From contig CM035356.1 in NCBI GenBank assembly GCA_020137815.1, positions 4,402,001 through 4,466,000 of the forward strand: a stretch of 64,000 nucleotides of DNA, read 5' to 3'. The DNA comes from Hormiphora californensis. Taxonomy: Eukaryota; Animalia; Ctenophora. The notes beneath the pieces were generated by a model that was not told the origin of the DNA, did not search any database, and saw only the letters and a program-made list of their open reading frames with translations. The translations under genes were made by a program, and so were the position numbers. Of the stretch, positions 18,016 to 56,689 are shown in pieces; position 1 is the stretch's first letter, and every line of letters begins with the position of its first letter.

Positions 18016-20360
18016 ATGTGCAGCAGCTCTCCGCTGTACACTGTGTATTAGTCGTTAGTGAGGCCCCCGTTCTTCAAGAGTGGCTGCACACTCCGTTCTA
18101 GCCATGTCCCTTGTATAATGTGTGTCATTATATATGCACCATGTCGTACTTGTTAGATTGGCCCGTCTGAACGCTGTCCCGGTCTTGCAATGTGTAGGAG
18201 AGTTCTCAAATGTTCAAATTAATATCTCAGGATGTACATTTATTCCTGTTTTTGTATATAGCTCTCTCCCAGCTCTCTCCCAGCTTTAAGTGGTTCGTTT
18301 TATACACTATAAGTTGTTCGGCTCCACAAATGCAGACAAACCTCACTCTCGCACATATCATGCTAATACAGCAGGTCTATGAGTTTGAATTGCAGCTCTC
18401 TTTGCCACTCATGATTTGCAGTCCTCCATGATTTGCATATCATTCTCTTGTGCAGTCTACCTCTCTCTCCTTCTCCCCAGTATAGTAGCTTTCTCTCCCT
18501 AGTTGATATATTCCCCAAATGGAGACAACTGCAGCACAATGAAAGGGTGTTTCCATTCCTCATGTACCTATAGGTCCTAGAGTCTATAGACTCTAGGTCC
18601 TAAAGCACACATGTATAATTCTAGCACATGTGTTGTAGTACTCCCTGTTCTGAACTACCGCTGAGATGCAATGTTCATTCAACATGCTCTCTTTTTCTCG
18701 CTTAGTATGCTGAGTCGGTGCATTGCTGACGTTGTTTTCTCTTTTCTCTTTGTCAACCCATAACCACGAATTAGTATGGTTCATTATACAGTAATTATAC
18801 CCGCTCTATGCAATTGTGGCATGTGCATTACTACTTTCGTATCCGGTTATATCGATCTGTCTCACTAACTGCACTAAGATGTCAGATACCCGACATAGTA
18901 CGACATAATCGACATACTAATTAGTAATTAGTATAGCGTGGTTACTCGACAGCTCATACATTATGCCTTTATGTAGCTTCATGGATAAGGCATAACCAAT
19001 ATTCTTTGAATCTTGAATCTATAAATTGACAATTCTTAGGGCACCATGATGACGGTTAAAATTCAGTCATTATAAGTTGAATGTTGAACACGAGTATTAT
19101 ACGAGTCAGACCAATGCTTTGACAGCGGTTTATGTGCATCACGCGTCTTTCATTCGAGAACATTTCAAATTGTTAGGGAAATAGCGAAAGTTGGAGAGAA
19201 ACATATTATCTAGTTAAAGGAAATACAGTTCCTTGAATTGTTAATTATTTTCTCATATTCACATAATATGTGTGTTTGAAAATAATTCGCTGTATTGTTC
19301 TCATGTGTCCCCACAGTCCACACGGATAATTTCAACTGGTGTCTGACACGAAGCTAGCATCGCATTTATCTCACTTCTGTCTTCTAGAAGTTTAGATCTA
19401 TGTCTTTGCGGTTTACATGCCAACATGTTGTCATTTTGAAAATATCACGTTTCTTACCGTGTCTTCGCTGTTATGTTCCTCCGCGTCCACTATTGCTGTT
19501 GTATCTTCTTCCCCTGAAAGAAGGAGGATATAGATGGAGGGGAGAAAGAGGGAGGGGAATCGAGGAGAGCGAGAGGGAGGGGAATCGAGGAGAGCGAGAG
19601 GGAGGGGTGGAGGAGAGAAAGAGGGAGGTGGATGGAGGAGAGAAAGAGGGAGGATATAGAGGAGAGAGATGGAGGGGATGGAGGGGAGAAAGAGAGGGGG
19701 AGAGAAAGATGGAGGGGATGGAGGGGAGAAAGAGGGAGGGGAATCGAGGAGAGCGAGATGCGAATATGAAATAAAAGAAAGACATTATAGAGATAAAGAG
19801 GAGGAAAGGGAACTATATCGAGATAGATGGAGTACAAGAGGGAAAGATCAGAGACATGGTAATATTATGGTGAGCTGATAATAGAGCGGTGGAAGCCATG
19901 GTTCTAAGAAATGAAAAGGAGCCAGCCTTTAACCCTTTGAGGGCGATAGAGCATAGTCCTCACAGATTAGCGTGCAGTGTGAGCCACACAAGGGGATCTA
20001 TAGACCTGTAATTAGGGGCATCTCTCTAGCTATGTAATTAGGAGCACCTCTCTATGTAACATATGTTTGATGAGGTCCTTTTTGAATTTATGTAGCAGAT
20101 CTTCAAACCTGCTAGCACGCTTCTCTTTCATCCTGCACAGACTCTATATTTGCCTTGCTCGACCCTTTGTCACCCTCTCTCAGTTGGAGGTCAGCAAATA
20201 AAAAGCTTCTAGTTCTCAATTATGCAGGGTGCAGAGAGAGAGAGGGAGTCGAGAGGGAGTTGAGGGGGGGGTCGAGGGATAGCTATAACGGATACCTGCC
20301 ACATATTGCATTATTGCTATTTCACACGTGTTGCTATACTCCACATGTTACTATTATAAT

Positions 20361-46215
<25,855 letters not shown>

Positions 46216-47317
46216 TCGGACATGCGGGATGCTAGTTGAGAGGGGGGAGTTATTGGGGCTATATTTACCCGTGTTTTAAAGATTCCTATCTATATATGAG
46301 GCATAAACTCTGGCCACTGGCGCGTTATTTCAGATAACTTTCTCCCAGCGCGCCGCTGGGAGAAGTTAGCGGATAAACTGGTTTAAATCACGACGACGAT
46401 CCTGAGGCGTAGCCGAGGGAGAGGCGGAGGGGTTTAAACCAATAACGTGCCATTGGTCAGAGTTTATGGGTTATATACCCTGCTTTAGTTGTTTGTTTCA
46501 AGTATTACACACTAACAAGAGAGAGAACGCTAATCAAAACACACAAAGAGAACTGAGAAACAGTCAAAAACATCTCTCAATTGAGTGTATATTGTTTGGT
46601 AACAGTTACTAAGGAGAGAGAGAAAGAAATAACAAGATATGGGGCATGCCAGACATAACACAGAGGAATTGAGATAGTGAAACAAAAGGGGAGATAAAGA
46701 GAGAGAAATTGACGGAATGTGTTGTTTCTTTCTCTCCAATGCAGTGTGTAACTCTTGCAAACAGTGTTCCCTCTGTATTTCAGTAAGAACTGATCATTTA
46801 CACACACTTTGAATGTAACATAGGAGTTAATAATAAACAGCCAGCCAGTGGGAAATAATCTGCCGCTGGACTGGCTGTATATTGAGAGCGCGCCAGTGGG
46901 ACTTCTCGCCGCTGGCGGGTTATTTAAGTTAGCAGGGTATATAAATATTTAGATTTGCATTATAGTATGTTTTCAAACCGGGCAGTGGGTGTTCCCCTCT
47001 CCACCTCTAAATCTATTGGGGAAACCGTACGTCATAATTTTATTGTTTTTGTGATGATTTAGTGACCAGTGGCATAGTGGGAAATAAGAGTGCTGGAAGA
47101 AATGGAAGAATATTGAACAAGATAGAGAGAGAAATAAAGGGAGATATTAAAGCAAAATGGGGTGTAAAATGTGAGTACCCAGTATGATAATGCAGGAGAC
47201 TTAAACTTAGTCTGGCACCATGTGGTCAACGTGAGAAAGAGAGAAAGATAGAGAGAAAGATAGAGAGAGGGAGAGAGATAGAGAGATAGAGAGAAAGAGA
47301 AAGAGAGGGGATGGCAC

Positions 47318-47345
47318 TATAAGTACCGCCTGTTTTGCTCACTTT
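47318..47345 (+). promoter_or_regulatory. Candidate TATA box plus Inr of the small secreted-peptide gene
   Basis: TATAAG at 47318, TCACTT at about 47339, ATG in CAAC-ATG context at 47391. Confidence 0.45.
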
Positions 47346-47390
47346 TTCAAACCATCAATAGTATTCCACCAACTTTGTACCTCTCCCAAC

Positions 47391-47588
47391 ATGTTCAAGT
47401 TTTTTGTGCTATTCCTTGTTGCCGGACTTGTAGCCGCTGCCCCCATTGAAGAGGAGAAGGTGGCTGCTGAGGGACTGTCCCTGAGCGCCCTAACTGCGGA
47501 GCTAGGATCTGGATCTGAGGCTGCTCCTGCCGTTCTGGAGGAGGGAGCTGGAGAGGCAGAGTTTGGATTCAAAGACATCAAAGGATAA
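47391..47588 (+). CDS. 65-aa secreted prepropeptide, candidate amidated neuropeptide or defence-peptide precursor
   Basis: Signal peptide MFKFFVLFLVAGLVAA, acidic Ala/Glu/Gly-rich pro-region, C-terminal EAE-FGFKDIK-G-stop. A GC-richer coding-like island in an AT/GA-rich background. Confidence 0.75.
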   Translation: MFKFFVLFLVAGLVAAAPIEEEKVAAEGLSLSALTAELGSGSEAAPAVLEEGAGEAEFGFKDIKG

Positions 47589-47875
47589 ATAATGGAATTA
47601 TGTTTTAACATGTTTTCTGCATAACTTAAAAAGAGTGCTTTGTATTTCTTGTTAAAAAAGAGCCACCCTCCATGTTTGTAACCCCCGCTCTTTAGCAGGC
47701 GATATATCCTATCACTCCCTCCACTGTAAGAAGTGTCAGCCTTCAGACAACTTCCCCTCTCGAGAGAGGGATAATGTTGTCGTATATGTCGCAGGATTCT
47801 CCCAAATGTAGTTTACCAATACTAGCAAAACTGGGGCGATCGTACCGATCGCTAATCGAGGAATCTGTTTCCATA

Positions 47876-47960
<85 letters not shown>

Positions 47961-47965
47961 CTCTC

Positions 47966-48074
<109 letters not shown>

Positions 48075-48719
48075 TCTGTCTATCTCACTGTCTATCTCAC
48101 TGATTGTCTCTCCCTCTCTCTCTCTGTCGTTCTGCAGTCTGTTTCACTGTCTCTCCTTCACTCTCTTTCGCTTATGATATATGCTATGTGATGTGATCCC
48201 TCTCTTTTTCCTCTCTCTCTTTCTCTCCCTTTTATGTATGTGAAGTGACCCCTTTAGTTCGCAAGCAGTTCTCTAGCACTTGTGATACGTGATACCTACG
48301 AATCACGTCGTCACACTGACGGATCACGTCGTCACATTGACGGATCACGTCGTCACAGTGACGTATCACGTCGTCACACTGACGATAGGGTGTCACATTT
48401 CCACCCAAATTTGCATTAGATATAGTTAGATGTTGCAGTTGACCACACTGTTTGATCCATCAGGCCTCAGGATAGCGGCTACGGGACATATCCATTATTC
48501 TTAAGCCTTTCCCCAGAGATACCTCCCTCCCCGGATCCTTCCTGTGAAGGACCTGCAGCACCCTCCTCCCTGAGATTAGGCCCTAGGCTGCCACAGGGAG
48601 TCACAAATCTTGACACCTGACCTCCCCCCCCCTGCTAAAACAAAGGCGTGAGAGCCAAGTTTTATATGGCTGAGCTACTTGACTTTATGGCGACCGGAGA
48701 GGACGAGTAGTAATGGACG

Positions 48720-50350
48720 ATTTCCAGTTATCCCGGTTGCACATAAGTTCAAGCATTTCGTTACTATTATCACACACATCGTCCAGGTCTTGTAATAGGA
48801 CATCTGGGAATGTTAGTAACGGGCAGCTGGCCATGAGCTGGTTTCCACATTTAGTAGTTCATGTCCCACTAGGTCATCGTGTCTAGCAAGGTGCCCTGCC
48901 ATTCTCAGTCTCTGGCTTCTTATCTTCTCAGTTACACGAGGGATATCTTGGAAAACCACGGCATTTGACACTCTGTCCGTACACCTGATGTTCAGGGCAG
49001 GTGAGTAGAACTTCGCTCCTAATAAAAGGCTGCAATAAAAGGCTGCAATAAAAGGCTGCATTAAAAGGCTGCAATAAAAGGCTGCAATAAAAGACTGCAT
49101 TAAAAGGCTGCAATAAAAGGCTGCAATGGATCACGTATCCAACTGGAATAAAGCAGGAGAGACCGAATCAGGAAATAGACCGAATCGTCCTCGCCTAACA
49201 GTGTTTCGTTTCACGTATCGGCCTCTACCATAAGCGGTAGTGAGACCGAATCACCCGCCCCTAATTATAGCGATTCGTGCCATGTATCCAACTAAACCAT
49301 AGACGGAGATAGACGGAGATAGAGAGTTAGAGAGGTGAGAGTGAGAGATCCGAATCATGGACGACTAATCAAGTATTGTATCACGTTTCATGATATCCTC
49401 TAATTAATTAAATGAAAGACGGTTACCTATAATTTGACTTAATCGGTGCCAATACGTGATTACTGATTTTCTGCCGTTATTCGCCAATGTACACAATTCA
49501 GTAGAGCGGAATCACACATAGTACTATGATAGGTGAACCATTGGTGACATGGGTGGTTCACCTGTCATCGTGCTACACGCGCAATCAATAGATCTACCCT
49601 ACCTCATTAGACCAACACTCTCAGTAGTTACTGACTACCTCTACTGAATCGTGGATCTATACGGAAAGACTAATGGAGAATACATAGCGGTAGAGAATCA
49701 CGTATCGGGACCGATGAGGTCTCATTGTCAATTGGTAACCGCTTTTCATTAGAGGATACCATGGTACGTGATACCATACCATGATTCTGATTTTTCACTC
49801 TCTCAGTTCTCACTCGTACTCGCTCTCTATCTCGGTCTCTCTATCTCGGTCGATCTCTATCGCCTATGGTCTAGTTGGATACGTGACACGAGTCACTATA
49901 ATTAGGGGAAGGTGATTCGGTCTCTCTACAGCCGATACGTGATACGAAACACTATTAGGGGAGGACGATTCGGTCTATCTCTCGCTTTAGTCTGGTTAGA
50001 TACGTGATCCCTTGCAGCCTTATATTGCAGCCTTTTATTGCAGCCTTTTATTGCAGCCTTTTATTGCAGCCTTTTTCTGCAGCCTTTTATTGCAGCCTTT
50101 TATTAGGAGCGAAGTTCTACTCACCTGCCCTCAACATCCTCGAGTAATACCCATCAATCTTCTTGCCTAGGCTCTTGGTTATTGTCCACGTTTCAGATCC
50201 GTAGACCGTAGAGAAAGATGTAAGATGGTCTCAACAGTGGATCTGAACAACCTCACTTTCATCTTTCTAGACATCTTAGATTTCCAGACTCTGTTCATAT
50301 TATTTAGGGCACCCCAAGCCTTGGCCTTCCTAACTTCGAAATACATTTAT
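48720..50350 (-). pseudogene. Degraded RTE-clade LINE RT C-terminal fragment, split by a MITE
   Basis: KAWGALNNMNRVWKS...VRLFRSTVETIL...YGSETWTITK...YSRML / NIRCTDRVSN...QRLRMAGHLARH, with frameshifts. Confidence 0.8.
48995..50130. mobile_element. PIF/Harbinger-like MITE
   Basis: TCA|GGGCAGGTGAGTAGAACTTCGCTCCTAATAAAAGG...CCTGCCC|TCA with 13-bp subterminal repeats AATAAAAGGCTGC. Removing it restores the RTE frame RMLNI. Confidence 0.85.
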
Positions 50351-51122
50351 CGTAAACTCGATCGAGGATGTACTAGGAGGGCACCTCCGGGGCATTGATC
50401 ACCAGCCAACAAGTGTTGCTCTCAGTAGACTGAGTCTTCTCACGGATGGAGGATGGTTTCGGCGTAACTTTCCTTGCCCCCCCCCCCCCGTTTTCGCAAA
50501 GTTTGTTTCTGCGATATCTCTGGTTCCTGATAAAAAACTTCATTCCGGGTACATTGGAACGATGAATTTAAGACCTTTCCAATGCACTCGGGATGAAGTC
50601 GCTATCTCATCAGGTAGAAAACCGGAGTTAGAAACGTAAAAAATGTTAAAAAATTTAGAAAGCTAAGAAAAACGGAATAAATAAATTAATTCATGGTCTT
50701 GATAATTCTTCTTATCCTCTTCTTATTCACTTCACCGTTCACGTAACTAGCTCAGTACAGGCTAGGTTGGCGATGGCGATCTTCCTCCGATTTCCTCTTG
50801 CCACCACTGTCTCTTCAGTCCTTGTCACGCCCATGCTTCACCCTCCTCTCCCAGCACCTCCCCCACTACCCGTACATTCAGGTTCCCACATCTGGCATCC
50901 CTACCACCCACATCACAGTCACTGTTCCCTCTACCCTCCATCTCTCCCTACCTCCCAGTACTATCCATCGCATTCTACGTCCCATGTATTCTTTATCCTC
51001 TACCCTACCTCCTTACCCTCCCTCCCCTAACCTCGCCACTGTTGTTCGTTCCCTCCTCCCCTCCACCATCTTAATCTATTTATTGTTACTTGGTTTATGA
51101 GTGTGTTTTTCATATATATCAT

Positions 51123-51511
51123 AGTGAACCATAATAAAGTTCAAGAGCCTCCAAGAGCGCCAAAGAGTGCACCCCATCGAAGAGAGACCACACCTGAGAG
51201 CGCACCACACCCAAAAGAGATCACATCCAAGAGCGCACCACCTCCAGAAGACACCACTCCAAGAGCGCACCACATCCAAGAGAGCTCCCCATCCAGAAGA
51301 TACCACATAACACGCAGGGGACACCACACGCAGAAGAGACCAGCACAGCGTTGTACTTGCGTGTGTGATCTCTTCTGCGTGTGGTGTCCCCTGCGCCTGG
51401 TATCTTCTGGATGGGGAGCTCTCTTTGATGTGGTGCGCTCTTAGAGTGGTGTCTTCTGGAGGTGGTGCGCTCTTGGATGGGGTGCACTCTTGAACTTTAT
51501 TATGGTTCACT
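51123..51511. repeat. Palindromic element with internal about 33-bp repeats (MITE-like)
   Basis: AGTGAACCATAATAAAGTTCAAGAG...CTCTTGAACTTTATTATGGTTCACT; no clear TSD. Confidence 0.7.
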
Positions 51512-52304
51512 TCGGGGATGGGTGACCCAAATACAAATACAATTATAATTTATATCCCGCTTTTGGGCCTATGCATTGTTAGTGCTAGGAGGACGCCGCT
51601 TCAATCAGTCGATTGAAGCAACGCACCCACCACTAACAAGCCTTCTAAAGCGGCTGAAGCCCTGATTTATTTTAAAACTTGTCAAAACTTGTCATTGGCA
51701 AACGCTGCTGGCCCCCTTGGCAAACGTAGCTGGCCCCCGATAGCAGGGATAAGCAGCACTTTTCAACTGGCCCCGCAGCGCGGGATAAGGCAGTGCTTTT
51801 CAAAACTTGTCAAAACTCGACTTTAAAAGTTTGATTTTTGTTTTCAAATATTTTAAGTGAATGCGCGGCGTCGTTATGCAGCGTGGAATAGCCAATTTTG
51901 GCGTGTAACGTTTAAAAACCCGTTTGCAGACATCGCGAAGTTAACGCGCGCGCGATAAGTAACTTTAAAATTCCCAAAAAGCTTTCTTCGAAATTTTAAA
52001 GTCGGATTTTTTGACACCCCGGTGTCGGATTGCTGTTTCCATAAGAAGATTTTTTGAAGTTGAACAAGAATTTTGTCGACAGAACAACCTTTAATTCAAT
52101 CCCCTCATCTCGTGCGTCGTCAATTCTCCTCAACCCCAACCATCATGCTAGTGCTTACTGCTTGACCACCGACCGGGGGGAGGCGACCGAGAGTAACATC
52201 CGTGTTCCAGCCGACCAGGAGAGAAGCCCCTGCATCCCCTCCATTCTTTAATTCCTTTTTAATGCAATTTCTCTACTACTAGCAATGTAAGATACAGATT
52301 TGAA

Positions 52305-55300
52305 ATGGGGGACCAGGAGCTAAGTCAGCTCCTGAATATGGGCTTCGGGTACGAGGAAAGTACAGCTGCTCTGGAATCCTTGTAAAAACAATGTCGCTGA
52401 AGCAGTGGCTTATTTGACGGAGAAGGCTGTTGCTGTTGTGCCCTATGGTCCAGATAATAAGAAAGAAACTGCCATGGAGATTGAAACCTTCGATGAAACT
52501 GAGGAATTTCCCAAACAAGGTACTGCACCTGAGAGTTGTCTGTCTCCAGATACATATTTACTCAACTTAATGAACTTTTGATCTTGATTTATATTTCAGT
52601 CTAGTTTTGACAAAATCAATTTATATTTCAGTTTTGATGAATATAAAAGGTCGGATTTACAGTGAGAATTGGTCGATGACCTACGTAGAGGGTGATGGTA
52701 TTCTAAAATGTATTAAATCTGCGATAAAACTAGCTGAGAACGACTCCATCCAATCTAATGAAGATTGCAAAAAGTTTGTTTTTGAGGTAAACCTAGCGTG
52801 ACTTTGTTTAATTCCAACATGATAATATTGGATGCTAACACTAGGTTAACTTTCAGGTGTTACCCGTGGCCCTTAACAAACTCCTAACAAACACTACAGT
52901 ACACGACAGCGAGCTACAAGATGCTATACTGAATATAACTACCACTTATCTTACACTTGCTGTTACCCAACTTAGACATAGGTCAGTAAGACATTTTAAT
53001 ATCGCTTAGTTTGAGTCGCTTTGACATCGTATGAACAATTCAACGCTTAGTCTGTTGTGGGGGAGGGGGTTGAATTATTTGTAAGTGTAGAGACTTTGAA
53101 ATTGTATAAACCAATTAATATTATTTTAACTTGTAGGTTAGAAGTTAGCACACTGAAACTGTTATCTACCATTATGGATCCAAGATGCGAGTTCAACTTT
53201 AGAAACAGATCGAAACGAACCAAACATAATTCTAGCCAGGTAACTGCCACACAATTCGAATCATTCGCCATTCTACTGTATCTTCAACAGTTTTAGTTTC
53301 ATCAGTTACATCAAAATAATACGTTTTAAATTACCATATATATTCCAGGGAGTGCTATACGGTCAGTGTCCGTCTCGAACCACGTTCAGAGACCCGTACG
53401 GCTGGCTGGTGACTCTAATTAACGCTTTTGGAGCTGCTGGGGGATTCCAGGCCATACTCTCTCATGTGGTGGACCCACCTCCCAGTCCGTTCCTTCTGGC
53501 TCATATTCTAGCACCGTGGGGGAAATGTATAGAGTATGTGATACCAGATACAATAGCACCCATACTGAAACAACTCATGAAGGTATTGAGGGGGGCATTA
53601 GCTTGTTGCTAACTGTTTTACCCACTGAGACTTACCTTGGGTAATATCCCCCCTTCTTCTATCCTCCTGTGTTGTCTCTCTCATGTTATTGCGCGCGCTA
53701 CGTTTAGTTATGGAGAGGGGACACTGTACCCACTGAGACTTACCTTAGCTCGGTGTATTTTCTGTTTTCTGATACCACTAAAACGATCGTATATTTTCGA
53801 CACCATTATTACCCCCAAACATCCTCTCATTATATAATCGCTTTTTCCTAACCCCCTTTACTATAGCTACACCATTATAATTCCACCCTCCCCCACTCCT
53901 CCCTCCCCCACTCCTCTATCAAACTCCCAATTGCCTCTGTTAGAACATAATAAACTCCCAGCTCGTCTCCCCCCGTTAGACCGCTGAGAGAGCTACTAAG
54001 AGAGGCTCTCTCTCCCATGACTAACCTCTGAGAGAGCTACTAAGATCAAGAGAGGCTCTCATCCCCTGATTAATCCCCAATCCCCCGTTAGACCTCTCCC
54101 CCCTGATTAATCCCCAAATCCCCCGTTACACCTCTGAGAGATCAAGAGAGGCTATCTCCCCTGACTAATCCCCCAATCCCCCCGTTAGACCACTCTCCCC
54201 TGACTAATCCCCCAATCCCCCCGTTAGACCACTCTCCCCTGACTAATCCCCCAATCCCCCCCGTTAGAGGTTCTCTCCCCTGACTAATCCCCACATCCCC
54301 CCCCCCCCCCCCCCCGTTAGAGGTTCTCTCCCCTGACTAATCCCCCCAATCCCCCCGTTAGACCACTCTCCCCTGATTAATCCCCCAATCCCCCCGTTAG
54401 ACCACTCTCCCCTAATTAACCCCCCGATCCCCCCCCCCCCCCGTTAGACCTCTGATTAATCCCCCAATCCCCCCCGTTAGACCACTCTCCCCTGATTAAT
54501 CCCCCAATCCCCCCGTTAGACCACTCTCCCCTGATTAACCCCCCGATCCCCCCCCCCCCCCGTTAGACCTCTGATTAATCCCCCAATCCCCCCGTTAGAC
54601 CACTCTCCCCTGATTAATCCCCCAATCCCCCCGTTAGACCACTCTCCCCTGACTAATCCCCCAATCCCCCCGTTAGACCACTCTCCCCTGACTAATCCCC
54701 CAATCCCCCCGTTAGACCACTCTCCCCTGACTAATCCCCCAATCCCCCCCCGTTAGAGGTTCTCTCCCCTGACTAATCCCCCAATCCCCCCCCCCCCCCC
54801 CGTTAGAGGTTCTCTCCCCTGACTAATCCCCCCAATCCCCCCGTTAGACCACTCTCCCCTGATTAATCCCCCAATCCCCCCGTTAGACCACTCTCCCCTG
54901 ATTAACCCCCCGATCCCCCCCCCCCCCCCGTTAGACCTCTGATTAATCCCCCAATCCCCCCCGTTAGACCACTCTCCCCTGACTAATCCCCCCCCAATCC
55001 CCCCGTTAGACCACTCTCCCCTGACTAATCCCCCAATCCCCCTCGTTAGACCACTCTCCCCTGACTAATCCCCCAAACCCCCCCCCCCCCCGTTAGACCT
55101 CTCTCCCCTGACTAATCCCCCAAACCCCCCGTTAGACCACTCTCCCCTGACTACTAGAGGCTCTCTCCCCCCTGACTAATCCCCCTCCCGTTAGACCTCC
55201 ATCGAAGTGATCCGAGATATGGGATGTGAGGACTATAAAAGCAAAGAGATTGGGCTGGTTTGCGATCTGATATTATCCATGAAATACATATGTACAGGAT

Positions 55301-56057
55301 GCGGTCAGCAATTTAATATGAGTGTAAGTTAAATACACGTTACTACTACACGTGACACTACACGTGTCATGTCATTTCCACTTCCTACCTGTCAACTAGA
55401 TATTACATACATGATATACATGTCAGTACGCCCCAACTAAATCTAACATCACATATAATGTTACCCTTCCCAACACCACTAATACCTGATGTTACAGTTT
55501 ACACTAATTAATCCCAATTACTACAGTTTACACTAATTAATCCCAACTACTACAGGACGCTAATTAATCCCAATTACTACAGGACGCTAATTAATCCCAA
55601 TTACACTACAGGACGCTAATTAATCACAATTACTACAGGACGCTAATTAATACCAATTACTACAGGACGCTAATTAATCCCAATTACTACAGGACGCTAA
55701 TTAATCCCAATTACTACAGGACGCTAATTAATCCCAATTACACTACAGAACGCTAATTAATCCCAATTACTACAGGACGCTAATTAATCACAATTACTAC
55801 AGGACGCTAATTAATCCCAATTACTACAGGACACTAATTAATCCCAATTACTACAGGACGCTAATTAATCCCAATTACTACAGGACGCTAATTAATCCCA
55901 ATTACTACAGGACGCTAATTAATCCCAATTACTACAGGACACTAATTAATCCCAATTACTACAGGACGCCCAGGGAATGGATGTAATGAGGCTGGAACAA
56001 ATTCAAAAGATGCTCAAGACATCCCATTTTAATGCGAGGATGAACGCCCTCAATGAG
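52305..56057 (+). CDS. USP24: Ubiquitin carboxyl-terminal hydrolase 24-like, N-terminal 7 exons (UBA plus helical region); +1 frameshift in exon 1
   Basis: Exons 52305-52519, 52632-52786, 52857-52981, 53137-53239, 53348-53582, 55195-55323 and 55965-56057. They encode LSQLLNMGF...KNNVAEAVAYLT (UBA), RIYSENWSM, DPYGWLVTLINAFGAAGGF and MRLEQIQKMLKTSHFNARMNALNE, collinear with USP24 as recalled. The exon 8 start (TLRIVEET) is present only as a tandem array. Confidence 0.82.
53970..55194 (+). repeat. About 39-bp minisatellite equal to branch point plus acceptor plus exon start of USP24 exon 6
   Basis: Unit ACCACTCTCCCCTGACTAATCCCCCAATCCCCCCGTTAG, about 30 variable copies; the last reads CCGTTAG|ACCTCCATCGAA. 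Confidence 0.92.
55495..55964 (+). repeat. 27-bp minisatellite equal to acceptor plus first 5 nt of USP24 exon 7
   Basis: Unit TAATTAATCCCAATTACTACAG|GACGC, about 17 copies; the last continues GACGCCCAGGGAATG. Confidence 0.94.
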
Positions 56058-56689
56058 GTACTTGCCTAGTATATATATAGCTAGACTGTGTAAAGGAGGG
56101 TTAGAACAATGAGGTACAGCCATTATACAATTGGATTATTTAATAATTTTGCGGGATTGTTCGTGATGGGGTGGCACTGCCACCGTGGCAGGGCATGTAG
56201 ATTGTTCGGCTGTCCCTCCCAATCTTTCCCACACCCAATTAGTTGAAGTGTTAATTAGATAGAGTTTACAGGATAGAGTTTCAACTAATGACAGGTGTTA
56301 GCTTGTTGCTTGATAGTATCAAGGTGATGTTATATCCCTCTCTCATGTTTCCTGTAACTCAATATTTTACCCCCTTTCTAACTCCTGGCACCTCCCCTCT
56401 CTTATAACACCCCTAACACCCCCTTTAAAACACTCGATCCTGGCACCTCCCCTCTCTTATAACACCCCTAACACCCCCTCTCTAACACCCCTAACACCCC
56501 CTTTCAAACACCCCTAACACCCCCTCTCTTATAACACCCCTAACACCCCCGTTCAAACACCCCTAACACCCCCTTTAAAACACCCCTAACACCCCCTCTC
56601 TTATAACACCCCTAACACCCCCGTTCAAACACCCCTAACACCCCCTCTCATACACCCCTAACACCCCCGTTCAAACACCCCCGTTCAAA

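Noticed and set aside
17400-20100. Protein-coding gene between mucolipin and CD36
   Set aside because: Only short ORFs without recognisable motifs; may be UTR or lncRNA, but this cannot be supported.
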